Shown here: in pieces, positions 40,099-49,638 of the stretch | Layout: each line of letters starts with the position of its first letter | Position numbering within the stretch: position 1 is the stretch's first letter | Origin: an uncultured delta proteobacterium | GTDB taxonomy: Bacteria; Desulfobacterota; Desulfobacteria; Desulfobacterales; UBA2156 | DNA length: 64,000 nt | NCBI GenBank assembly: GCA_963736855.1 | Contig: CAVTQK010000015.1 | Span: forward strand, 32,001-96,000 | Reading direction: 5' to 3' | The notes under the pieces: model-generated | Told to the model about the DNA's origin: nothing | Databases searched by the model: none | Seen by the model: only the letters and a program-made list of their open reading frames with translations | Translations under genes and position numbers: made by a program

Positions 40099-40641
40099 TC
40101 AATCCTCCTTCATGCACGGCTGTTGGGTAAGAAGGGCGTGACCCGCCTTTCCGGGACGCTTCTTTTCAATGAATGGATTTACAGTGATTCTCTTCCTGGC
40201 TTCCCAGTAATCCAGATGTTGACCTTCTCCAACATCTATAGTTCCAGGACCGACGATTTCATAACCGATAGCTTCATAGAACCTTCTGGACGGAAGTGAA
40301 ACGGATAATGTTATCTGATCCAATCCTTTTGTTTTAGCTACTCTTTCCAATTCATTCATGATGAGTTTGCCGTAGCCGCAATGCTGGTTTATGGGCGAAA
40401 CAAAAACGCCAAGCACCTCATTGCCGACCAATGCTCCCGTCGCCGCTATCGCAAGGTTCTTTTCGAAGATAAGAATTTTGCCCTTTTGGCTTCGCTCACG
40501 GATTTTTAGATTAGAATGGAAGTCTTTGAAAAACTGAACGGCGCGTTCAGGGTAAACCTTGGAGTAGGAAACGTCGATAGTGTTGTGAATCATTCTGCGA
40601 AGGGAATTCAAGTCTGAAAGCAAGAAATCTCTAAGACCCAT
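40099..40641 (-). CDS. GNAT-family acetyltransferase
   Basis: VFVSP..QHCGYGK motif A, FYEAIGY. Confidence 0.85.
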   Translation of the reverse strand: MGLRDFLLSDLNSLRRMIHNTIDVSYSKVYPERAVQFFKDFHSNLKIRERSQKGKILIFEKNLAIAATGALVGNEVLGVFVSPINQHCGYGKLIMNELERVAKTKGLDQITLSVSLPSRRFYEAIGYEIVGPGTIDVGEGQHLDYWEARKRITVNPFIEKKRPGKAGHALLTQQPCMKED

Positions 40642-40769
40642 TTTCCTCTGGCTTAAACCGTTTCCCTTCAAAGCGAATGCCTGAAGTTTGCAAAAGCCCT
40701 TTGGCGGCGGGAGAATCTTTCAATATTTTTCCTATTGGAATCCATTTATGTAAATAAACAGGAATGCCA

Positions 40770-41219
40770 CTATTTGAAATTCTTTTTTCTGATATATAAG
40801 ATTTTAACCACTTGGGCTATTTTCTCCCCTGCTTCATTCTTAATATCCACTGAAAACTCGGCAAAATATTTCTGTCCCCCTGAAGTGTTACAGATTATTT
40901 TTTCGATTTGTTCTTTATTGATTAAAAAATCTGCAGTGACAGTTCCCTGGCCCGGCTTGATAAAATCAATGTGCGCTTCTTTATCCCAGACAATATACTC
41001 TTTTCCTAATATCTGGATCAACATCAACATATAGAAGGGATCGGTCATTGCATATAAAGATCCTCCGAAATGGGTTTTGACATAATTTCGGTTGTACCAC
41101 CTCATCTTCATCCGTACGCATATTTCTCTAAAATCTGGAGAAATGCTCCTGACGGTAATTCCTGTTCCCCAGTAGGGGGGATATAAATTTATTAAAAGTT
41201 TAAGGTAACCGGGACCCAT
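40770..41219 (-). CDS. DUF4442/YiiD-like hotdog-fold thioesterase
   Basis: NLYPPYWGTGI, NRNYVKTHFGGSLYAMTDPF, VWDK. Confidence 0.88.
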   Translation of the reverse strand: MGPGYLKLLINLYPPYWGTGITVRSISPDFREICVRMKMRWYNRNYVKTHFGGSLYAMTDPFYMLMLIQILGKEYIVWDKEAHIDFIKPGQGTVTADFLINKEQIEKIICNTSGGQKYFAEFSVDIKNEAGEKIAQVVKILYIRKKNFK

Positions 41220-41490
41220 TTTTATTTCTAAAGCATCCGCGATAATTTCTTTGTCAAAAAAAGAGTTCGCTATATGGGATCAAAATCAACATGACGGTCC
41301 TTCAATCATTCTGGACATAACATGATCCTTGCCTGTTTTGCTACCCAATACCTAAGCAATGTAAGGGATGCCGCCGTTACGGATGGCCGGTTGATGTCTC
41401 GGAATCTTATTCAAAGGAATAAATACGGAAACGGTAAGCTCACTTATGAGCCCCCTGGAATCTCATCATCCGGTAAGAAAATTTTTCAGA

Positions 41491-41727
41491 TTATCGATCC
41501 GGGCGCCATTTGATTTGAAATTCAATTTCTTCCTCTGAAGCGTCGCGCTCGTGCTCAATATTGATCACGGCATTCGGTGGTATTAAAATCCGCTCTCCCG
41601 CCACCTGTATCCGAAACCGATTTCCCTTTTCAATGCAGTCCGCCAGTCGTCTGAGCTTTTTAGCAAACTGTCGGTTTGGATAGTTCTTCTCAATATCCCT
41701 TTTCCGTTTTTTATTTTTTTCCAACAT
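41491..41727 (-). CDS. Amphi-Trp domain protein
   Basis: KLRRLAD.IE.G..F.IQVAGERI..P, EEIEFQIKW. Confidence 0.85.
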   Translation of the reverse strand: MLEKNKKRKRDIEKNYPNRQFAKKLRRLADCIEKGNRFRIQVAGERILIPPNAVINIEHERDASEEEIEFQIKWRPDR

Positions 41728-41769
41728 AGAATTTAATCCTCCGATTGAGACTGTTCGTTGACGCAGAGA

Positions 41770-44700
41770 TCAGACCAGCGCTTCCCGGACCTTGCGGGCG
41801 ATGGACTCCAGGAAAAACGGTTTTTCAATAAACTGAACGCCTTCATCCAATACGCCTTGATGTGCGATGACGTTGGCCGTGTAACCGGACATGAACAAAA
41901 CTTTGATCTCCGGCTTCAGAAGTTTGATCTTTTCAGCCAACTCCTTTCCACTCATCAGCGGCATCACCACATCGGTTATGAGAAGATGAATCGGATCCGA
42001 AGTCTCCTGCACCCGTTCGATGGCTTCATTGCTGGTGTCGGTTGCAACGACATTGTAACCGAGCTTCTTCAGCATGGCTTGCCCCATAGCCAGAATCCCG
42101 GGATCGTCTTCCACCAGGAGAATCGTTTCCCCTTTCCCCCGGGGATATTCATTTGGTTTTGCATCCGGTTCCTTTCCGGCCTGCCCTTCATATCGGGGAA
42201 TGTAAATCTTAAACGTGGTCCCTTGTCCGGGTTCGCTGTAAACATTGATGAACCCGTTATTCTGTTTGACGATGCCGAAAACCGTAGCCAGTCCCAACCC
42301 GGTCCCCTTCCCCACTTCTTTGGTGGTGAAAAACGGCTCGAAAAGTCGCGACTGCGTTTCCTGATCCATGCCGCCCCCGTCGTCGCTCACCCCCAGCATG
42401 ACGTACTGACCTGGGATAAAACCGACATGATCCTTGCAATACGCCTCGTCTAAAATCACATTTTTCGTCTCGATGGTGACCTTCCCCGCACCTGAAATGG
42501 CGTCACGGGCATTGACACAGAGATTGGCCAGCATCTGATCAATCTGGGCCGGATCCATCTTCACCATCCATAAATCCGCATCCGGCTTCCATAACAGATC
42601 GATGTCCTCGCCGATGAGCCGCCGGAGCATCTTAAGCATCCCCTCTAATGTATCGTTGAGATCCAGTGCTTTCGGCGCGATGGTCTGCTTCCGGGCAAAG
42701 GCCAGAAGCTGCCGCGTCAGATCCGCCGACCGTCGCGCCGCCTTTTCGATTTCCTCAAGGTCTGTATAAAACCGATTCCCCGGCTTCAAGTCCAAAAGCA
42801 TCAGTTCCGCACGGCCCAGAATTACTCCCAGCATATTGTTGAAATCGTGCGCCACACCCCCTGCCAGACGCCCCACCGACTCCATCTTTTGGGCTTGAAT
42901 CAGCTGATCCTGTAACTTTTTCTGCTCGGCCTCCGCAATTTTACGGTCCCGGATATCCCGGAAAAAGCCCACCAGGGCTTCCTTTTTCCCGAACAGGGTC
43001 AATGCGGCATAGATCTCGATGGGAATCTCATCCCCGTCCTTTGACACGATAGAGATTTCAACAGGTTTTGGTATAATCTCGCCTGACAGCCGTCGCCGGT
43101 ATCGAATCCTCCCCTCTTCCTGATCCGCCGGAGCGAGAAGGTCAAGCCAGGAGGTTTTTTCCAGGATGTGTTTCGGTAAGCCTGTGAGCCGCTCCACTTC
43201 CTCATTTGAAAAAATAATGGCAGCGTCGATACCCTCCTGATCCTGAAGCACAATCACACCCTGTCTTGCAACACCGGCGGCATCGAATAGGGTCCTGTAT
43301 CTTGCCTCGCTCTCTTCCAGCGCCTCCTCCGTACGCTTGCGTTCTGTAATGTCATTGATGGTGCCCATAAGATAAAGCGGCCTGCCTTCATTATCCCGAC
43401 GCAGCGCCACGCTCACTTCGGCCCAGACGATGGACCCGTCTTTATGCATATATCTTTTGACATATTGTTCTGTTTCTTTTTCACCGGATAAAAGCGAATC
43501 AACGATCCGTTGAGTTGCTTCGACGTCATACGGATGCGTGACCTCCTGCCATTTCAGGCTCGGGCGTTCCGCTTCCGAATATCCCAGCATTTTGTAAAAA
43601 GCATTATTGGCGTTAATCTCGCCCGTGGGCAACGTAATGCTTTTCCCAATCGGCGAGTACTCGTACACATACTTAAATTTGTCTTCGCTCTCTTTGAGTG
43701 CCTCTTCCGCCCTTTTGTGGCTGATGATTTCCCATGTCACATCGGCGATATAGGAAACAATCTCCGAATCTTTCTCGGTGTAGTCGGCGGCTTTATTCCC
43801 CACCCCCAGGATGGCGACGACCCTGCCTTTCCGCATCACGGGGACCACCAGTTCCCGCACCACCGGGGTGTGCCCTTCGGGCATTCCCTTTTTGTGCGGA
43901 AGGGATGCATAGTCGTTATGGATGACCGGTTTTTTCTGATACACGCAGTCCGTCCAGACCCCGGCCCGGTCAATGCCGTAGTGCATCCCTTTCCCCTTGG
44001 CCCGGCAGAATTCCTTGAGGGTACGGGTGGACCATGCTTGAAGAGAAAGGGTTTTCTGGTCGGCTTCCACGAAATGATAAAACCCGATGGGGCTTTCTAC
44101 GATGGCGCTCACGTCATCCAGGGCACAGGTCATCAGCTCATCCAGCGTGTGCTCTGCGGCGTATCCGATAAGCTTAAGGCGAGTTTCCATCAGCCTCTGG
44201 GACAGACGATCTTTACTCTGATCCCGAAAAACCAGGACCACGCCGATAATTTTCCCCTGGTCGTCCCGAACAGGGGCACCGCTGTCGGCGATGGGAATTT
44301 CCTTTCCGTCTCTGGCGATCAACAGGGTATGGTTGGCCAAACCTACTACCATACCTTCCTTGAGAACCCGTGCCACAGGATCTTCCGCCGGTTTGCGCGT
44401 TTCCTCGTTGATGATGCAAAAAACCACGTCCGATCCTTTTCCCAGGGCTTCCTTCTCTTTCCATCCGGTGAGCGTTTCCGCAATCGGGTTCATGAGTTCA
44501 ACTCGGCCTTTTTCATCCGTGGCGATCACCGCATCACCGATGGCTTTGAGGGTCACGGTCTGCTTTTCTGCGGCGGTGCGCAATGCGGCTTCCGAGTGAT
44601 AGAGCGATTTGTAGTGGGCCTTGAGATTTCGCTGCCATGCAAGCAGTCCTGCCGTACCCGCAAGCGCGACGGCACCCAGCATCAGCAGGAGGATCAGCGC

Positions 44701-45597
44701 CGATCGGAATCGCCAACCCGAGAACGCCTCAACTGCGTCCATCTTGGATACCATGAACCATGGAGTATATGGGATGGGAAGCATCGCCGCCACAACCTCT
44801 ATGCCGCGATAGTCCTTCCCCTCCATGATTCCGATTTTCCCCTTTACAACCATGGCTGCGGGAAGATCGGAGCGATTCAAGGGGATCCGGAGTTTCAACG
44901 CCGTATCCTTTTGGTGGCGCAGTTCGTTTAAAAAAAGGACATCGTCCCCGTCCTTTTGAACCAGAAGCGTTTCGGCGGTTTGGGATGGGGTGGGCCAGGA
45001 CTGGATGAGAGGATATAAAAACCGTGAGGCATCACATATCAATATCACGGCTCCGATGGGCGTTGGGTCGCCTTGTTGATTCAACAGGGGAGCGACCACG
45101 GAGATGTGGGGATGCGGGTATTCAGTATCTATGTGCAGCGGCGTCAAGACCGGTTTGCCCGAAGCGATGGCAATCTCAAAGGCGGCGGCAAACCCTTCGT
45201 GAAATTCCGTTTTTTTGCCCAGACTCAGCCGCACCCGTTTTTGAAGGTCCGCCAGAAGGATGTCCGAGTAAACATTCCGTTCCTGCATCGTCTTAAATCG
45301 TCGAAGAATCTCGGAGGCTTCATGCCCGTTGGACCCGGCTAAAAAGCGTTTCACGGACTCGATGAGGGCGCGCCGCTCCATCAGGATGGCGGCATCGGCC
45401 AGCCGTTCCGCCCGCCAATCGGCGATCTGTCGGACTTTGAGTTCGGCTATGGACCAGAGGTGCGCCTCCACCTCCTTTCGCTGATGTTTGTACTGATCCC
45501 TGAAAAACCAGACGCCGCCGGCAAGAAGGGCAAGAATCATTCCTGCAAGACCGACTTTTATCCATAGGGGAAATGCCTTTTCCCTGACTTGATCCAT
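41770..45597 (-). CDS. Membrane hybrid sensor histidine kinase (Cache-PAS-GAF-PAS-PAS-HisKA-HATPase-REC)
   Basis: AHDFNN, NARDA, FFTTK..GKGTGLGL, LLITDVVMP. Confidence 0.95.
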   Translation of the reverse strand: MDQVREKAFPLWIKVGLAGMILALLAGGVWFFRDQYKHQRKEVEAHLWSIAELKVRQIADWRAERLADAAILMERRALIESVKRFLAGSNGHEASEILRRFKTMQERNVYSDILLADLQKRVRLSLGKKTEFHEGFAAAFEIAIASGKPVLTPLHIDTEYPHPHISVVAPLLNQQGDPTPIGAVILICDASRFLYPLIQSWPTPSQTAETLLVQKDGDDVLFLNELRHQKDTALKLRIPLNRSDLPAAMVVKGKIGIMEGKDYRGIEVVAAMLPIPYTPWFMVSKMDAVEAFSGWRFRSALILLLMLGAVALAGTAGLLAWQRNLKAHYKSLYHSEAALRTAAEKQTVTLKAIGDAVIATDEKGRVELMNPIAETLTGWKEKEALGKGSDVVFCIINEETRKPAEDPVARVLKEGMVVGLANHTLLIARDGKEIPIADSGAPVRDDQGKIIGVVLVFRDQSKDRLSQRLMETRLKLIGYAAEHTLDELMTCALDDVSAIVESPIGFYHFVEADQKTLSLQAWSTRTLKEFCRAKGKGMHYGIDRAGVWTDCVYQKKPVIHNDYASLPHKKGMPEGHTPVVRELVVPVMRKGRVVAILGVGNKAADYTEKDSEIVSYIADVTWEIISHKRAEEALKESEDKFKYVYEYSPIGKSITLPTGEINANNAFYKMLGYSEAERPSLKWQEVTHPYDVEATQRIVDSLLSGEKETEQYVKRYMHKDGSIVWAEVSVALRRDNEGRPLYLMGTINDITERKRTEEALEESEARYRTLFDAAGVARQGVIVLQDQEGIDAAIIFSNEEVERLTGLPKHILEKTSWLDLLAPADQEEGRIRYRRRLSGEIIPKPVEISIVSKDGDEIPIEIYAALTLFGKKEALVGFFRDIRDRKIAEAEQKKLQDQLIQAQKMESVGRLAGGVAHDFNNMLGVILGRAELMLLDLKPGNRFYTDLEEIEKAARRSADLTRQLLAFARKQTIAPKALDLNDTLEGMLKMLRRLIGEDIDLLWKPDADLWMVKMDPAQIDQMLANLCVNARDAISGAGKVTIETKNVILDEAYCKDHVGFIPGQYVMLGVSDDGGGMDQETQSRLFEPFFTTKEVGKGTGLGLATVFGIVKQNNGFINVYSEPGQGTTFKIYIPRYEGQAGKEPDAKPNEYPRGKGETILLVEDDPGILAMGQAMLKKLGYNVVATDTSNEAIERVQETSDPIHLLITDVVMPLMSGKELAEKIKLLKPEIKVLFMSGYTANVIAHQGVLDEGVQFIEKPFFLESIARKVREALV

Positions 45598-46087
45598 AGC
45601 AGACGCTCCGTTTGTCTATTCTCTTTCTTTCAAGTTGTTTTCCGTATCATGTAAGCGGTGGTAAGACCGGACGATGTTTCAGCGAATCCAATCTAATGCG
45701 ACGGTCTTTTTCCGCCTTAAAGGATGGAGTTTTATTCCGGCAAGACATGTTCCGTGGGGTTTCTACATCGGCACTTGGATAGACCCTTGAACCCTTTAAA
45801 TTAATCTCCTCAGTAACTTTTTTCATTGGTGTCGTTACTTCGTTCAACAGGAGCCGTCTGAAAAATACGGGCATTTTCTCGAAAGGGTATTGGAGTGCAG
45901 GCGGCATCAGATGCTTCGAATCGCTTTTATCCGATTGAAAAAAGAATTGTTGGGTTGGGTTGAACCTGCGATTAATGATTTCTACAGTCAATTCATCTCA
46001 AATTATGCGCATTAATAAAATATAAAGCAGGTTGTGAAAAAAAGCTAATGGAAGAGCATATATTAACTACTATAGCATGTCAAATTT

Positions 46088-46240
46088 GATGGCTTCGTAA
46101 AAAGTCCATCTGCTGCGTTGCGCTGCATCCTTCGTCATTGCGGCGTACCCATATATACGCCTCATTCCTCAGGATTTGCGCGCCTTGCATCTGAAGCTTT
46201 TTACTTTGCCATCCTAATTTTGAGTTTTTACGATTTCATC
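46088..46240. mobile_element. MITE-like element copy D (153 bp)
   Basis: Termini GATGGCTTCGTAAAAAGTC / GAGTTTTTACGATTTCATC; direct repeat AAATTT at 46082-46087 and 46241-46246. Confidence 0.87.
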
Positions 46241-46360
46241 AAATTTGATTATCAAACCGCTTGCAAGAGGCTCTTCAATAGTATTGAAATAAAAATTCGG
46301 AGCGTATAGAGGATTTTTAAGAGGAATTCATGTTTCTATTGGTATATGAAAGGAGGGGCC

Positions 46361-46666
46361 ATGCTTTCCAAAGAACAAAACGACGCTTACAGGACATTTT
46401 ACCAATCGGCACGGCAAAATCCAACCCTGGATCCCAAGACCACCCTCCTGGTGCATGTGGCCACGGCCATGGCCATCGGGTGTTATCCCTGAGTACGCAA
46501 CTACCTTGGCGTGGCCAAGGCTGAGGGGATAACTGAAAAGGAGATCGGTGCGGTGCAGGCCATCGTGATGGCGGTTTCTGCAGGGAGGATAAATGCCCAG
46601 CTTCGAGAGATCCGGGAAATCGATGAGGAGGCTCGAAAGAAGGAGATGTCCCAGATCACCCCGTAG
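46361..46666 (+). CDS. AhpD/carboxymuconolactone decarboxylase-family selenoprotein (C41-Y-P-U44; TGA 46490-46492); not in ORF track
   Basis: RBS AGGAGG; MLSKEQ...LDPKTTLLVHVATAMAIGCYP-U-VRNYLGVAKAEGITEKEI...; hairpin CCTTGGC-GTG-GCCAAGG 11 nt after the TGA. Confidence 0.88.
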
Positions 46667-46856
46667 TTTCGAAAATTCCGGAAAGTGGGTTTTTTACGCG
46701 CTTAAAACGCTTGTATTTGCGGCGGGAAGTGAAACTCGGGTTTACAGGGCTTGAACCGCTTGATATGGAGGGGGAAAGACAGCCCTGAACTGTTTCTGAT
46801 GACAGGAAGCCCATGCTCGAAGGATCCGTTATTGCTACCAGAAAAGGGGGGTACCC

Positions 46857-47360
46857 ATGTTTGAAAGACGCAAGACCATAAAATCGGAGGAAAACATCGA
46901 ATCGGCGGAAAAACAAGTCGAAATCGAGCCGGTACCGATGGCCCTGAAGGAGGGGAAAACCATCATCGGTGAGCAGATCACCATCGAGGGTGATATCCGC
47001 GGCCAGGAAAATTTAATCATCGAGGGATCGATGAGAGGAAAAATCGCGCTGGAAAAACACCATGTGATGGTTGGCCCCAAAGGTAGATTTGAAGGAGAGA
47101 TACAAGCCGATAATGTGACCATCAGCGGCCATCTGATCGGCAACATTTTCGCCTCCGGGAAGGTCAAAATCACCAAAGAGGCCGATTTCAGCGGAGAAAT
47201 TAAAGCTAAAAGCATCGCGGTGGAAGATGGGGCCTTTCTCAAAGCGATCATCGAGTTGGAAAAAGACACCAAAAAAGTGATTCCGGCTATTGGAAAAGCC
47301 GCCCGTGAGGAGACTAAGGCGACCATCACCCCGTCGGTGGCTGCCGGCAGAGCAAATTGA
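46857..47360 (+). CDS. Bactofilin (polymer-forming cytoskeletal protein)
   Basis: TIIGEQITIEGDI...LIIEG...G.I.A..V.ISG...GNI.A...V.I. Confidence 0.92.
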   Translation: MFERRKTIKSEENIESAEKQVEIEPVPMALKEGKTIIGEQITIEGDIRGQENLIIEGSMRGKIALEKHHVMVGPKGRFEGEIQADNVTISGHLIGNIFASGKVKITKEADFSGEIKAKSIAVEDGAFLKAIIELEKDTKKVIPAIGKAAREETKATITPSVAAGRAN

Positions 47361-47986
47361 GCCTGCCCGATGGTGAACGCCTGATGGACGACTTATCGTC
47401 CGGGCCCGATACATCCGTGCACACCAGTATGATCCTGCAGCTCTTCGTGGAACTGTTGGGTCAAAGAAAAAAAGTCTGTCTTCTTGATTTGGGGCCCATC
47501 ATCGGCACCAATATCGCATTTTTTTCCCATCGGGCCAGTCGACTTTGCGTCTGCGACCTGTTCGGTCGTTTAGACCAGGCGCTGAGTCGAAAGCGCCCCC
47601 TGGACGAGGCTTGGCGGAATTTGAATTATCCGCCGGCGCACTTTGACGGCATCCTGTTGTGGGATTTCCTGGATCACCTGGAAAATGCCTGGGCATTGCG
47701 CATGGTGCAAGTGATGAGCCGGTGGATCAAGCCTGAGGGGTTGGTGGTCGTGCTCTCCGGCGACCAGCAAAGGCCTCAGACCTCGGTGACCGCCTTTGGT
47801 GTTGATGATGACTTTCGGCTTCAGGTGAAGTCGATCCCCCGATTGCACCTTCCGGTCTACCCGAGGCAGAACAGGGAGATCATGGCGTTGATGCATGCCT
47901 TTTCATCCATCAAATCCTTCATTTATCGAAACGGAATCCGGGAATACCTGTTCCGGTTTGAGAACGCTGCAAAACGCCCAATTTAA
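47357..47986 (+). CDS. Class I SAM-dependent methyltransferase-like protein
   Basis: LLDLGP, FDGILLWDFLDHL, KPEG. Confidence 0.7.
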   Translation: MSLPDGERLMDDLSSGPDTSVHTSMILQLFVELLGQRKKVCLLDLGPIIGTNIAFFSHRASRLCVCDLFGRLDQALSRKRPLDEAWRNLNYPPAHFDGILLWDFLDHLENAWALRMVQVMSRWIKPEGLVVVLSGDQQRPQTSVTAFGVDDDFRLQVKSIPRLHLPVYPRQNREIMALMHAFSSIKSFIYRNGIREYLFRFENAAKRPI

Positions 47987-48049
47987 GACACGGAATGGAA
48001 TCGGGATTCCATTGCCGTTACGGGATAGCTTAAACCGTGAGGGTAAGGT

Positions 48050-48817
48050 TCACAGGAACCCGCCGAACTCGGCGCGGATCACTTCGTACAATTCGTTTCC
48101 GATGGAAATCCCGAGATCGATGAACTGAGGGCCGTATCGTTTTCCGGTTTGAGTCCGGAAGGTATGCCGGATCCTTTGAATCAGTTCCATGCCTTTAGGA
48201 TAATAGTCGATGAACTGGAGAAGGGGGGTCTTGAAAAAAGATACCATATCCCAGATGGTGTCTGAAAAATTGTCGGGTCCCCATCGGAATTTATCGCTGT
48301 CGTAAAGGCAATCCGCGATCAGGATGCCTTCCGGATCGCGGATGGGAGGACTTTTTTTAAAGGCCTCATGACTGCGTATGGCCCCGCAGATCTGTTCCGT
48401 CTCTTCCTTGGAAAAGGGAAATGCCTTCAGGATCTTCCTGGCGTAAATCGCCCCCTTTGCAGCATGCTCGCGTTGTTTTCGTTTGACGTCATGCAGCAGA
48501 CCGGCACACTGCACGAGGCGGATTTTTCGATGGATCTCCGGTATTGCGTATCCGGCCATGGTCCCTTCGATAATCATCAGAGCGCCGGCGTCCAGTGAGA
48601 CTTTTACGGCATGATTCAGCCCATGGCCTAAATCATTGTCCAGATGCTGTGCCAGGAAATCCAACAGCCGGTAGACGACAGGATCGGCTTTAAAAAGTTT
48701 TTTGGATAACGTATTGGCCTTACGGTAGCGGCGATAGAAATCTGCTTGGGGATGGCGGGATATGATTTCCTTGGCGCGGCTCTGAATCTGCGTGTAAACC
48801 GGATCCATGGGATTCAA
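48050..48817 (-). CDS. HD-domain protein
   Basis: GHGLNHA, GLLHD, HA..GA, LYDSDK. Confidence 0.85.
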   Translation of the reverse strand: MNPMDPVYTQIQSRAKEIISRHPQADFYRRYRKANTLSKKLFKADPVVYRLLDFLAQHLDNDLGHGLNHAVKVSLDAGALMIIEGTMAGYAIPEIHRKIRLVQCAGLLHDVKRKQREHAAKGAIYARKILKAFPFSKEETEQICGAIRSHEAFKKSPPIRDPEGILIADCLYDSDKFRWGPDNFSDTIWDMVSFFKTPLLQFIDYYPKGMELIQRIRHTFRTQTGKRYGPQFIDLGISIGNELYEVIRAEFGGFL

Positions 48818-48895
48818 AGGTGTGTCATGGGGGGGGAGGGAAGTCCGCGTGCCCGAACAGGCTTTCCTCTTCGTTTTATTATCGATCCAACAGGG

Positions 48896-49396
48896 TTATA
48901 CAGCGGGCAAAGTAAGCTTCGTCTCGCAGACTTTCCACCGACCTTGTTCCCTGACGACTTTAAAGGTCTGATCCAGCGGATAGCTTTCTCCAAGCAAAAA
49001 TATCTGAGCGACCCAGGTGAAGACCGGATGAATCATGCGTTTGCGGGCGCCGGCGATTCGAACGGTAGCGCTATTTTTATCGGTATAGTGAGTGTGGGTT
49101 TCCATATGGACCAGTTTGCTGCGCATATATCCCTTGTCAAATCCTCGCACACGTGCTTCCTCTGATGCCTTGGAAAGGAGTTCGTCGACGATATCCGATT
49201 CCTCGTTCTCCTTGGCCTCGTTGCAAAGAAGCGCGCCCATGGATGGATCCAGCGCATAATATGCTTTTGCAAACTTGACCGCAGCCCGACTTGGGGTATC
49301 CACCTGGTCGGCAAAGACGAACATGACCTGTAAAAACACCGCCAAGATTATTGCCAATACGAATGCGAAGACGTTGCTTTTTTGGGTATCGGTCAT
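48896..49396 (-). CDS. Membrane-anchored hypothetical protein
   Basis: RBS GAGGGAGG; N-terminal TM segment; C-terminal V..E.GRWKVC (NTF2/DUF4878-like). Confidence 0.7.
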   Translation of the reverse strand: MTDTQKSNVFAFVLAIILAVFLQVMFVFADQVDTPSRAAVKFAKAYYALDPSMGALLCNEAKENEESDIVDELLSKASEEARVRGFDKGYMRSKLVHMETHTHYTDKNSATVRIAGARKRMIHPVFTWVAQIFLLGESYPLDQTFKVVREQGRWKVCETKLTLPAV

Positions 49397-49583
49397 CGGT
49401 TTCCCTCCCTCACAAGAATACGGATTATAACGGGCTATGGCAAATCAACTCAATCCATTTTTTTACCATAGGGGATACCGGATGACAAGAATTTTTAATC
49501 GAAGTGTTTAATCGGGATTTTTTAATCGGGGCGAGGATTTGTTCCGACACGTTTCTAATCCGAAAGAAACGGCGGCTTTTTTA

Positions 49584-49612
49584 TTGACCCTCAGACTGTT
49601 TTTGATTATTTT
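49584..49612 (+). promoter_or_regulatory. Candidate sigma70 promoter left of the IS
   Basis: TTGACC-N17-TATTTT. Confidence 0.35.
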
Positions 49613-49638
49613 GATCGGAAATCCATCCTCACAAAAAC

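Noticed and set aside
45647..45991. 114-aa minus-strand ORF upstream of the hybrid kinase
   Set aside because: TTG start, no clear RBS or motif; probably promoter region
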